Shown here: piece after piece, positions 38,519 to 48,346 of the stretch
Layout of the letters: each line of letters starts with the position of its first letter
Position numbering within the stretch: the first letter of the stretch is position 1
NCBI GenBank assembly: GCA_913040915.1
Contig: CAJWHW010000005.1
Location: forward strand, 14,663 to 78,662
Reading direction: 5' to 3'
Length of the DNA stretch: 64,000 nt
Source: an uncultured Fidelibacterota bacterium
GTDB lineage: Bacteria; Fidelibacterota; Marinisomatia; Marinisomatales; UBA1611
Notes under the pieces: generated by a model
Database searches by the model: none
What the model was told of the DNA's origin: nothing
Seen by the model: only the letters and a program-made list of their open reading frames with translations
Translations under genes and position numbers: made by a program

Positions 38519-40175
38519 ATCTCTGCTCACTGTAGACAATCTTTCTGTGAACTATATCACTACTGATAAGCCGGTAAAAGCAGTGAATGATGTCTCTTTT
38601 GCAATAAACCAGGGTGAAATTTTTGGTCTGGTAGGAGAATCCGGAAGTGGAAAGAGCACTGTAATTCAGGCAATACTCCGTACTCTTCCCCCTCCTGCAG
38701 TGATTACGGACGGTAAGGTTATTTTCAATGGTAAGGACATCCTTTCTATTTCAAATACTGAAGTATTAAAATATCGTTGGAAAGAAATTTCTATCGTTAT
38801 GCAGAGTGCTCTTAATGCCTTAAACCCTGTTTTAACAATAAGCGAACAAATCAAAGATATATTAAAAGAACATAGTAATCTAAAAGGGGACGCGGCGCAG
38901 GACCGTACAAAGGAATTATTGTCTTTAATTGATATTGACAAAAGTCGATTAGATAGTTACCCACATCAATTATCCGGAGGGATGAGACAAAGAGTCGTCA
39001 TTGCCATTGCCCTAGCGCTCATGCCGCCACTCATTGTCATGGATGAGCCAACAACTGCACTTGATGTGATAGTAGAACGTGAAATTCTCACAAAAATCAT
39101 TCAGTTGCAGAAAGAGCTTGGTTTTACAATCCTATTTATTACCCATGACCTCAACCTATTATTGGAATTTGCTAATAGGGTTGCAATTATGAAAAATGGG
39201 GAATTAGTGGAAATGGATGAAGCACAAATGATACGTAACGGTGGTAAACATAAATACACCCAAAAATTAATTGGATCCCTACCGTCTGCGTCAGGACCGC
39301 GACAGCCAGGACTACTTTCAAAACCAGAAAATCTTTCTTTTGGAAAACAACCCATTTTGGAGGTTCAAAACCTTTATAAGAGCTTCAGTGAATCTGGAAT
39401 CTTTACTTCAAGATCGATTGATGTTGTTAAAAATGTATCATTCAAAATTTATCGTGGCGAAATCATTGGTCTGGTAGGTGAATCTGGAAGTGGCAAAAGC
39501 ACAATCGCAAAGCTAATTGCCCGGTTAATTCGACCAACATCGGGTAACATCATTTTAAACGGCTCAAATAAAAAAGTTACTGAAGCCCAAAAAGTATCCT
39601 TGGAATATAGAAAACAAGTACAGATGGTATTTCAGGATCCATTTGGATCATTGAACTCTGTTCATACAGTATTTCATCATCTAGCTAGACCTTTAATAAG
39701 ACATCGCTTAGTATCTAAACAAAATCTTATTCAGTCAATTATAGAAATTCTTGAGACCGTAGGTTTAAAACCTGGCGCAGCATTTGCAAGTAGATTCCCT
39801 CACGAGATGTCTGGCGGCGAACGTCAACGTGTAGCAATAGCACGAGCACTCAGTCTAAACCCTGAATTGATCATAGCAGACGAACCTACATCTATGTTGG
39901 ATGTATCCATCCGTATGGAAATTTTAGAAATTTTTGCTCGTATGCGTATTGAAAAAAATCTTACAATTATATTTATCACACATGACCTAGCTTCAGCCAG
40001 ATACCTTGCTGACAGAGTTATTGTCCTTCATAAAGGATCAATTGTTGAAGAAAATATAGCAGAAGAACTGATACAATCACCGAAGGAAGAATACACAAAA
40101 CAGTTAATTAAAGCAGCCTCACCAGGCTGGTTAGAGAATTTATCATTAAATGATGGAGATATGAGTGATGTATAA
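38511..40175 (+). CDS. ABC transporter ATP-binding protein with two fused NBDs (OppD/F-like)
   Basis: Two GESGSGKST, YPHQLSGGMRQR / FPHEMSGGERQR, two DEPT. Confidence 0.95.
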   Translation: MNKSLLTVDNLSVNYITTDKPVKAVNDVSFAINQGEIFGLVGESGSGKSTVIQAILRTLPPPAVITDGKVIFNGKDILSISNTEVLKYRWKEISIVMQSALNALNPVLTISEQIKDILKEHSNLKGDAAQDRTKELLSLIDIDKSRLDSYPHQLSGGMRQRVVIAIALALMPPLIVMDEPTTALDVIVEREILTKIIQLQKELGFTILFITHDLNLLLEFANRVAIMKNGELVEMDEAQMIRNGGKHKYTQKLIGSLPSASGPRQPGLLSKPENLSFGKQPILEVQNLYKSFSESGIFTSRSIDVVKNVSFKIYRGEIIGLVGESGSGKSTIAKLIARLIRPTSGNIILNGSNKKVTEAQKVSLEYRKQVQMVFQDPFGSLNSVHTVFHHLARPLIRHRLVSKQNLIQSIIEILETVGLKPGAAFASRFPHEMSGGERQRVAIARALSLNPELIIADEPTSMLDVSIRMEILEIFARMRIEKNLTIIFITHDLASARYLADRVIVLHKGSIVEENIAEELIQSPKEEYTKQLIKAASPGWLENLSLNDGDMSDV

Positions 40176-41541
40176 AGAAAATACATTTCCGAAAAATTTT
40201 ATATGGGGAGTAGCCACATCAAGCTATCAAATTGAAGGTGCGCCTACAGTTGGCGGTAAGGGCCCTTCTGTTTGGGATACTTTCAGTCACAGTCCGGGAA
40301 AGATTAAAAATAACGATAATGGTGATATCGCCTGCAATCATTATGAGCTATGGCCGGAAGATATAGCTATAATGAAGGAATTGGGTATCAATGCGTATCG
40401 CTTTTCTATAAGCTGGCCAAGAATATTTCCTACGGGAAGTGAAAGTAAACCGAATCAGTCTGGATTGGATTTTTATAGCAAATTAGTTGATGCACTTCTT
40501 GAGAATAATATCACCCCTTTTATTACTTTAAACCACTGGGATATTCCTCAAGGGCTGGAAGATAACGGTGGCTGGCCAAATAGAGAGATTGTAAATGAAT
40601 TTGTTAAGTACAGTTACCACACAAGTAAACATTTAGGAGATAGGGTAAAATTTTGGATTACCCATAATGAGCCTTGGTGTGTAAGTTATCTAGGATATGT
40701 AATAGGTCGTAAACCACCTGGACAAATTCAAAATTGGTCAAAAAGTCTGGCTGCCGCACATCATTTAATACTTTCCCACGGAATGGCTATCCCTGAGATA
40801 AGAAAGAACTCGAATAACTCACAAGTGGGTATCACTCTTAATTTGAATACAGCAATTCCTGCTTCGACCAGCAAATACGATGAAGATGCATGCAGATTTT
40901 ACGATGGTCAATTTAACCGTCTATATCTTGACCCGCTTTATAAGAAAGAATACCCCGGCGATGTATTTGAATATCTCCATTCCCGGAATTTAATCTCTGA
41001 ATCAGACCTTAATTATATCCAAGATGGTGATTTGAACGTCATTTCAACTAAAACAGATTTTTTAGGAGTTAACTACTATAGCAGAGCAGTTATTCGAAAT
41101 GAAGAAATTGACGAAAAAAAGAACTATCCAAGAAATGTGAAAATCAAGGAAAAAACAGAATTCGGCTGGGAAATTTATCCTGCAGGTATTTACGACTTAC
41201 TTATGAGACTGAAAAATGAATACAATATAAATAATATTTATATTACTGAGAATGGATGCTCCTATGGAGACGGCCCAAACGCAGAAGGTAAAATAAATGA
41301 TGTTAAACGAATTGAGTACTATGATTCACACCTTAAAGAACTCAACAGAGCAATTATAGATGGTGCCCAATGCAACGGCTACTTTGCATGGTCACTTATG
41401 GATAATTTTGAATGGGCAGAAGGATTCAGTCAAAGATTTGGTTTGGTTTGGGTTGACTTTGACACATTGGAACGAATCCCAAAAGACAGCTATTATTGGT
41501 ATCAAAAGTTCATTTCATCAAATGGAATGGAAGTAAAATAA
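40165..41541 (+). CDS. GH1 beta-glucosidase (cytoplasmic)
   Basis: FIWGVATSSYQIEG, YRFSISWPR, THNEP (acid/base), YITENG (nucleophile), WSLMDNFEW. Confidence 0.95.
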   Translation: MMYKENTFPKNFIWGVATSSYQIEGAPTVGGKGPSVWDTFSHSPGKIKNNDNGDIACNHYELWPEDIAIMKELGINAYRFSISWPRIFPTGSESKPNQSGLDFYSKLVDALLENNITPFITLNHWDIPQGLEDNGGWPNREIVNEFVKYSYHTSKHLGDRVKFWITHNEPWCVSYLGYVIGRKPPGQIQNWSKSLAAAHHLILSHGMAIPEIRKNSNNSQVGITLNLNTAIPASTSKYDEDACRFYDGQFNRLYLDPLYKKEYPGDVFEYLHSRNLISESDLNYIQDGDLNVISTKTDFLGVNYYSRAVIRNEEIDEKKNYPRNVKIKEKTEFGWEIYPAGIYDLLMRLKNEYNINNIYITENGCSYGDGPNAEGKINDVKRIEYYDSHLKELNRAIIDGAQCNGYFAWSLMDNFEWAEGFSQRFGLVWVDFDTLERIPKDSYYWYQKFISSNGMEVK

Positions 41542-42894
41542 ATGTCAGAAAAACCAAAAGAAGCAATATCTGTTTTTATCACGATAAAGGATACTGGGGA
41601 AAAAATTGAGCAAATTGATCTGTCCCGCTTAATTACGGAGAAAAATGAAGATTTTGGCACCATCCTAATAAATAAACATCAGGCCAAACAAAAAATTCTG
41701 GGCTTTGGCGGAGCTTTCACTGAAGCGGCTGCAAGTGTTTACGACAAACTAGATGATGAAAAAAAAGATGAAATTATTCAAGCATATTTCGGGGTAGATG
41801 GAAATGGCTATACCATGGGAAGGACCCATATTAACAGCTGTGATTTTTCACTTGGAAATTATTCATATTGCGATACTCCCCGAGATATAGAATTGCAAAG
41901 TTTTTCAATATCGAGAGATAGAAAACTATTAATCCCCTTTATAAAAGATGCCCTAGAAGTAACAAAAATACCACTAAAACTACTGGCATCTCCCTGGAGC
42001 CCGCCACCATGGATGAAAACGAATGGAGAAATGAACCACGGAGGAAAGTTAAAAAAAGAATACCGTGATGTATGGGCCCAATACTACTGTAAATATATCA
42101 ATGCATATGAAAAAGAAGAAATTCCGATTTGGGGTATCTCTATCCAGAACGAACCAGAAGCAAAACAAATTTGGGATTCCTGCCTCTATACCGGCGATGA
42201 AGAGCGTGATTTTATTCGTGATTCTTTAGGACCTGCATTAGAAAAGAATAAACTACTGCATAAAAACATTATCATATGGGATCATAACCGTGATGTTATG
42301 GTAGAGAGAGCCCGAGCTATATTAAATGATCATGAAGCAGCAAAATATGTCTGGGGAACCGGCTTCCACTGGTATAATGGTGATAATTTTGACGAAGTGC
42401 AAAAGGTTCATGATGAATTTCCAGGTAAAAAGCTAATATTTACTGAAGGCTGCCAGGAAAATGGGCCACATCTTGGTTCCTGGGATTTAGGAGAACGTTA
42501 TGCCACTTCAATTATAAATGATTTAAACCGTTGGACAGTGGCTTGGATTGATTGGAATCTGATTTTAAATGAAAACGGAGGCCCGAATCATGTCGGGAAT
42601 TACTGCAGTGCTCCAATTATTGTAGATACAAAAACACAGGATATAATGTACCAAAGTTCTTTCTATTATATGGGCCATTTTTCACGGTTCATAAAACGAG
42701 GGCACAGAATTATTGTATCGGAAAATAAGACAGAAAATCTGTTGGTACTGGCTGCAATTAATGATACAGGAAGTACAACCCTAATCCTTATGAATAAAAA
42801 TAGTGCCACTGAGAATTGTAATTATAAAGATGGAAATATTGATATCAGTTTATCCATCCCTGCCAGATCTATCGTGACTATGGTAAGTAATTAG
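41542..42894 (+). CDS. GH30 glycoside hydrolase (glucosylceramidase-like, probable beta-1,6-glucosidase)
   Basis: GFGGAFTEA, SCDFS, ASPWSPP.WMKTN, QNEP, WDHNR, FHWY, FTEGC, DWNL.L...GGPNH; no signal peptide. Confidence 0.9.
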   Translation: MSEKPKEAISVFITIKDTGEKIEQIDLSRLITEKNEDFGTILINKHQAKQKILGFGGAFTEAAASVYDKLDDEKKDEIIQAYFGVDGNGYTMGRTHINSCDFSLGNYSYCDTPRDIELQSFSISRDRKLLIPFIKDALEVTKIPLKLLASPWSPPPWMKTNGEMNHGGKLKKEYRDVWAQYYCKYINAYEKEEIPIWGISIQNEPEAKQIWDSCLYTGDEERDFIRDSLGPALEKNKLLHKNIIIWDHNRDVMVERARAILNDHEAAKYVWGTGFHWYNGDNFDEVQKVHDEFPGKKLIFTEGCQENGPHLGSWDLGERYATSIINDLNRWTVAWIDWNLILNENGGPNHVGNYCSAPIIVDTKTQDIMYQSSFYYMGHFSRFIKRGHRIIVSENKTENLLVLAAINDTGSTTLILMNKNSATENCNYKDGNIDISLSIPARSIVTMVSN

Positions 42895-42895
42895 A

Positions 42896-45800
42896 TTGAA
42901 AAATAAATTTATAGATCAATCACTATTTAAGATTGCTAATGTAGATCATATTGATCCATTCCTAATGAGTATTACGAGTAGTGCTGATCATTGGATGTAT
43001 CTTTCCAGTACAGGATGTCTTACCGCTGGTAGGAAAAAAGCAGAACAGGCTTTATTCCCTTATGTTACAGATGATCTCCTACACCGTAATGCTCATTTTA
43101 CCGGTCCTGTAACTGTCATACGAATTAGAAAAGGAAAAAATGATTTAGTTTGGCGTCCCTTCTATGATGCTGGACAGAATTATAAAATTGAAGTAAATCT
43201 TTACAAAAACAGTTTAGGAAATACTGTACTTTTCGAAGAAAAGAACCATTCTCTGGGATTGACTTTCTTTTATAAATGGCAATCAAGTATTGAGTACGGA
43301 TTTGTTAGAAAATCGACATTAGTCAATCACAGTGGTAAATTGATTGATATAGAGTTGATAGATGGGCTGAGAAATATAATGCCTGCTGGTATTGAATTAC
43401 GTACTCAGCAAGAAATGAGTAATCTGGCAAATGCTTATAAAGTATCTGAATATACTCCAGAAACTGAATGCGCCCTGTTTTATATGAATGCACTAGTGAT
43501 GGATCGACCTGAACCAGGGGAATCACTATATGCTAACCTTATTTGGTCATATTATCGTGAAAATAAGATTATTACTTTGAACGAAAAGAGTATCAATGAA
43601 TTTGTAGAAAGTGGAAAAATAAAAGAAGACCACTTCATAAAGGGGAAGCCTGGATGCTATTTAACAAAAATTAGCAAAGAACTGGAACCTAAAAATGAAA
43701 TATATTGGTACACCATTGCTGATGTATCTAAAACACAATCTGAAATAACCTATCTTATCTCCCATCTAAAAGATCCATTAAAAATTGAAAAAAAACTGGA
43801 AAAAAGTATCTTGGAGAATCACTTACTTCTTGAAAGTGCAGTTGGAGCTGCTGATGGCTTTCAATGTACCAGTGAAACAATCAATGATTACCACCATACT
43901 GCAAATTCCATGTATAACTTTTTTCGAGGTGGTATCTTTGCAAAAAATTATGATGTCCAGAAAAATGATTTTCTCAGATTTTTAGAAATCAGAAATAAAT
44001 TAATTTTTGAAAAATACTTCGATGAAATAAATGCCCTTCCAAGCCAAATCAGGATGAAAGAATTGATTGAATTCGGAGATAGAATTAAAGACTCTAGTCT
44101 TAGAAGACTTTGCAGAGAATACTTACCACTTACTTTAGGTAGAAGACATGGCGACCCAAGTCGCCCTTGGAACCATTTTGAAATCCGTACTAAGGATAAC
44201 CAGGGTAACCAACTTTTCTATTATGAAGGAAATTGGCGGGATATATTCCAAAATTGGGAAGCTTTAGGATATAGCTATCCTGATGCTTGGGAGTCTATGG
44301 TTGCAAAATTTCTAAATGCGACCACAGTAGATGGGTTTAATCCCTACCGTCTTACCACTGAAGGTATAGATTGGGAAGTAAGCAACCCTGAAGATCCTTG
44401 GAGTTTTATTGGCTATTGGAATGATCATCAAATCATTTATTTATTGAAATTGCTTGAGCACCTAAAAAATAATAATCCAGACTCGATAAATAGGCTATTC
44501 AATGATTCCATATTTAGCTATGCCAATATACCCTATCGAATCAGAAACTTTAATCAAATTGTAGCCAACCCGAAAGAAACCATTGACTTTGATTTTGATA
44601 AAAATGAATCTATAAATAATAAAGTAGCTCAGTTAGGTAGTGATGGCAAACTTGTTTTATGTGAAAATGATCAGGTTTATCATGTCAATCTGATTGAAAA
44701 AATTCTAGTTCTTCTTTTAGCAAAAGTTTGCAATCTTGTACCTGGTGCTGGCATTTGGCTCAATACACAAAGGCCAGAATGGAATGATGCAAATAATGCA
44801 TTGGTTGGCTCCGGTACATCTATGGTTACAGTATATTATATGAAAAGATTCCTGTCTTTTTTTCGTTCTGTTTTGAAAAAAGTAGATTCCAAAAATATTG
44901 ATATTTCAATTGAAGTAAGATACTGGTTTAATAGTGTTCATGAAGTTATTTCAGATTTCCAGAGTATAAGTGGAAACCATGAAAAAAATAACCAAAACAA
45001 AATGGAATATATCTCAAGGTTGGGCAATGCATTTTCAGAATACCGGATTATCATTTATGATAATGGTTTTAGCGGTAAACAAAAAATAGCAATTGAAGTA
45101 ATCCGTGATTTCATTAATAAAATGATGGCTGAGTTAGACCATAGCATTATGCTAAATAAGGATAGTCGTGGATCTTACCAAGCTTACAATACGATCAATA
45201 TTGATAAGAAAGAAAACTCAATCAACATAAATCAATTGGGACTTATGCTGGAAGGACAGGTAGCAGCCCTGAGTTCCGGATTACCAAACATTGATGATTC
45301 GATTAAACTACTGGAATTACTATTTAATAGTGACTTGTACCGTAAAGATATGAATAGCTTCATACTATATCCTGAAAAAGATGTGACACCATTTCTAGAT
45401 AAAAATATTATTCCAACAAAAAGTATTTCAAAAAGCAGATTACTGACAAAAATGCTACAGAATAATGATTGTTCTTTAATTGAGAAAGATATGCAAGGTT
45501 TAGTTCGATTCAACCCTGATTTAAGAAATTTGTTTGATCTTCAGGCCAGACTTGTAAAATTGAAAACTATTGAGAATTATGAAAGCCTATTGACACAAGA
45601 GAATGACCTAATTTTGGAAATTTATGAAAATGTATTTGAACATAGAAATTATACTGGCAGATCAGGAACCATGTTTTCATACGAAGGGATTGGGTCTATT
45701 TACTGGCATATGGTTTCTAAACTTCTCCTTGCAGTACAAGAAATATATTTTACAGCGGTAAAACTAGATGAACCTGAAGAAAAAGTAAAAAGAATAGGAC

Positions 45801-46312
45801 ACCTGTATTACGATATTCGAGGTGGATTAAGTGCAGCAAAATCACCTGAAGAGTATGGCGCATTCCCATTTGATCCTTATTCCCACACACCTAACCACTC
45901 AGGTGCGCAACAACCGGGAATGACAGGACAAGTTAAGGAAGAAATACTTACACGATTTGGTGAACTGGGCTGTTTTGTACGTAATGGAAAAATACATTTT
46001 GATACTAGTTTGCTTAGACGATCTGAATTTCTTAATGGATCAAAATTATTTTCTTTTTATAATATAAATGCAGTCAAAGAAAAGCTGAAAATCAATAAAA
46101 ACCAGCTGGCATATACTTATTGTCAGGTACCAATAATGTATACTATTACCTCTGAAGATCCAAATATAGAACTCATAATGCAAGATGGAGCGAAAACTCA
46201 ATACAATAAAAATAAAATCGATTCACATATGAGTAACTTAATCTTTCAAAGAAGTGGAAAAGTTGCACAGATTGATGTGCAAATTAATGCGGGAGATTTG
46301 TTCAAAGATTAA
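42896..46312 (+). CDS. GH149-type beta-1,3-glucan phosphorylase
   Basis: LTAGR...ALFPY.TDD, RRHGDPSRPWN, YEGNWRDIFQNWEAL, WLNTQRPEWNDANNALVG, MLEGQVA, YEGIGSIYWHMVSKL, DPYSHTP..GAQQPGMTGQVKE; TTG start. Confidence 0.85.
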   Translation: MKNKFIDQSLFKIANVDHIDPFLMSITSSADHWMYLSSTGCLTAGRKKAEQALFPYVTDDLLHRNAHFTGPVTVIRIRKGKNDLVWRPFYDAGQNYKIEVNLYKNSLGNTVLFEEKNHSLGLTFFYKWQSSIEYGFVRKSTLVNHSGKLIDIELIDGLRNIMPAGIELRTQQEMSNLANAYKVSEYTPETECALFYMNALVMDRPEPGESLYANLIWSYYRENKIITLNEKSINEFVESGKIKEDHFIKGKPGCYLTKISKELEPKNEIYWYTIADVSKTQSEITYLISHLKDPLKIEKKLEKSILENHLLLESAVGAADGFQCTSETINDYHHTANSMYNFFRGGIFAKNYDVQKNDFLRFLEIRNKLIFEKYFDEINALPSQIRMKELIEFGDRIKDSSLRRLCREYLPLTLGRRHGDPSRPWNHFEIRTKDNQGNQLFYYEGNWRDIFQNWEALGYSYPDAWESMVAKFLNATTVDGFNPYRLTTEGIDWEVSNPEDPWSFIGYWNDHQIIYLLKLLEHLKNNNPDSINRLFNDSIFSYANIPYRIRNFNQIVANPKETIDFDFDKNESINNKVAQLGSDGKLVLCENDQVYHVNLIEKILVLLLAKVCNLVPGAGIWLNTQRPEWNDANNALVGSGTSMVTVYYMKRFLSFFRSVLKKVDSKNIDISIEVRYWFNSVHEVISDFQSISGNHEKNNQNKMEYISRLGNAFSEYRIIIYDNGFSGKQKIAIEVIRDFINKMMAELDHSIMLNKDSRGSYQAYNTINIDKKENSININQLGLMLEGQVAALSSGLPNIDDSIKLLELLFNSDLYRKDMNSFILYPEKDVTPFLDKNIIPTKSISKSRLLTKMLQNNDCSLIEKDMQGLVRFNPDLRNLFDLQARLVKLKTIENYESLLTQENDLILEIYENVFEHRNYTGRSGTMFSYEGIGSIYWHMVSKLLLAVQEIYFTAVKLDEPEEKVKRIGHLYYDIRGGLSAAKSPEEYGAFPFDPYSHTPNHSGAQQPGMTGQVKEEILTRFGELGCFVRNGKIHFDTSLLRRSEFLNGSKLFSFYNINAVKEKLKINKNQLAYTYCQVPIMYTITSEDPNIELIMQDGAKTQYNKNKIDSHMSNLIFQRSGKVAQIDVQINAGDLFKD

Positions 46313-46331
46313 TTCAATGAAAAGAATATAA

Positions 46332-48119
46332 ATGAAAAATAAATACATAATCTTATTAACAGTTTATATGAGCTTAGGCCATGCTCAGATTGGGGATACC
46401 ATTTGGGAAGAGAATTTTGATAATCTAGATAACTGGATGAAGATTACGGGTAATGGATCGTGGGGCTGGGGAAATGGAGAACTGGAGTTTTATAAGGAAG
46501 AAAATGTCCAGATATCTGAAATTCCTAATGAAGATGGCAATAATGCTTTACACATCACAGCTAAGGAGGAATCCGGCCCTGGGGTTGTTGACCAATGGGG
46601 GAACCCATTAAACTATACATCCGGAAGAGTCACCACGAAATCAAAAGTTTCAGTTCAGTACGGAGTGATTGAAACAAGAGTGAGAGTTCCAGACTTACAC
46701 CTTGGAGGATGGCCTGCAGTATGGTTGCTTGGAACATCAAATCTCAATTGGCCACGTAGCGGTGAACTTGATATGATGGAAATGGGATCTAGACAAGATT
46801 TCAGAGATTTACATGATGAACATAATGGGGGAAATGGATTAGATAATTCAACTGTTAACCAAGTAGTAGGTGCGAATGCTATTTTTTATACAGAAGAAGC
46901 TGTAACCCCAGAGAATCCATCTGGTGCCGCTAGTATCTCTTGGGATCCTGATGATAATTATTGCAGACCATACTATAATTATGATAACCTTAATGACAGA
47001 TTTCTAATATATAGAATATACTGGGATCCTGATAGTATTCGATTTACTGTGATTGATGGTAGCGTTGAGTATGATCTATATACTGATCCATTTCCAATAG
47101 ATAGTGTTAGTGCAGAATTCCAAGATCCATTTTATTTAATAGCAAATCTAGCTATAGGGGGCACATTTACAGATACAGATTATATTGGTGGTAGCGGCCT
47201 TCCAATTTCTATGATATTCCCTGCACACATGTATGTTGACTACATTAAAGTGATGGAATGGAACGGACAGGGTAAAGTTCATTTTGGACCGCCTACTTTT
47301 CAAGAAGGTACCTTCGGCATATTTACAGATACAACTCCAGTTGACAATCGTTTGATAGCCGGAGACGATGCAGAAATCTATGTCTGGGAAGGCACATTAA
47401 CTGGAGGTAGTATTCCCCCCTACGAAGGTGAGAATGGAATATCATGGCAAACCACTGGATTAGGCTGGTTTGGTGCAGGTATCATGTCCATGCAACCAGT
47501 CAATCTATTAAACTTTAGTGAAGGGAGTTTAAAGTTCATGATCAAAATCCCCGCAAATGTTTCCTTCAAGATCGGAATTATTGACGCATGGGGGAACCAG
47601 TCTTATGTTGATTTTCCATCCAATCAAACTACATATGGGCTCGTTAGGGACGGAAATTGGGGACAGGCATCTATCCCGGTGATTGATATCCGAGGAGAAT
47701 TTATTGATTTAAGAATGTTGAGCTATGAATTTGTCATTTTGGAAGTAAATGGTTCGGGATGTGAATTTGGGTTAGATGATATTTACTGGGAAGGCGGTGA
47801 AACCGTAAGCATTACTAAAAGCAAACTAGATAGGTCCCCAATTAAATATAGCTTAAATAATAACTATCCTAATCCTTTTAATCCATTGACAACTATCAGC
47901 TATGATTTACCGGATGATGGATTCGTAAATGTCACTATCTACAATATGATGGGTGAAATAGTGAAAATTTTAGTGAACGAAAAACAAATCGCTGGTTTTA
48001 AATCCGTACAATGGGATGCTAATAATAGTTTTGGTAAACCAGTGAGTGCGGGTATTTACCTATACCAAATAAAGGTTGGTGAGTATCTGCAGAATAAAAA
48101 AATGGTATTATTAAAATAA
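46332..48119 (+). CDS. Secreted GH16 beta-1,3-glucanase with CBM-like module and T9SS-type/FlgD CTD
   Basis: Signal peptide, GWGNGELEFY, YTSGR, WPAVWLLG, GELDMME, NLAIGG, DYIKV; CTD NYPNPFNP...SAGIYLY...KMVLLK. Confidence 0.9.
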   Translation: MKNKYIILLTVYMSLGHAQIGDTIWEENFDNLDNWMKITGNGSWGWGNGELEFYKEENVQISEIPNEDGNNALHITAKEESGPGVVDQWGNPLNYTSGRVTTKSKVSVQYGVIETRVRVPDLHLGGWPAVWLLGTSNLNWPRSGELDMMEMGSRQDFRDLHDEHNGGNGLDNSTVNQVVGANAIFYTEEAVTPENPSGAASISWDPDDNYCRPYYNYDNLNDRFLIYRIYWDPDSIRFTVIDGSVEYDLYTDPFPIDSVSAEFQDPFYLIANLAIGGTFTDTDYIGGSGLPISMIFPAHMYVDYIKVMEWNGQGKVHFGPPTFQEGTFGIFTDTTPVDNRLIAGDDAEIYVWEGTLTGGSIPPYEGENGISWQTTGLGWFGAGIMSMQPVNLLNFSEGSLKFMIKIPANVSFKIGIIDAWGNQSYVDFPSNQTTYGLVRDGNWGQASIPVIDIRGEFIDLRMLSYEFVILEVNGSGCEFGLDDIYWEGGETVSITKSKLDRSPIKYSLNNNYPNPFNPLTTISYDLPDDGFVNVTIYNMMGEIVKILVNEKQIAGFKSVQWDANNSFGKPVSAGIYLYQIKVGEYLQNKKMVLLK

Positions 48120-48270
48120 AATTAGCCACTGTAATTGGGCCGTAAATAATAAAGAAGAAGAATGGTCTATTTTAGATTCTGGTGCTATTACAACTGGTGA
48201 ATGGTCTGATGATGGACTTATAAAAGAGGGAAAGTTAGCAAAGAATATTATTCGTAATTGGCCAAAATAA
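48115..48270 (+). pseudogene. C-terminal remnant of a GH5 (subfamily 2-like) endoglucanase
   Basis: Manual translation NKISHCNWAVNNKEEEWSILDSGAITTGEWSDDGLIKEGKLAKNIIRNWPK*; no start codon; overlaps the stop of the upstream gene. Confidence 0.72.
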
Positions 48271-48346
48271 ATGGATAAAATCCAACTCAACTTTAATAGT
48301 CATTATTTCAAATAGTTTTACAAAATAATATTAATCTTAAGAAAAT

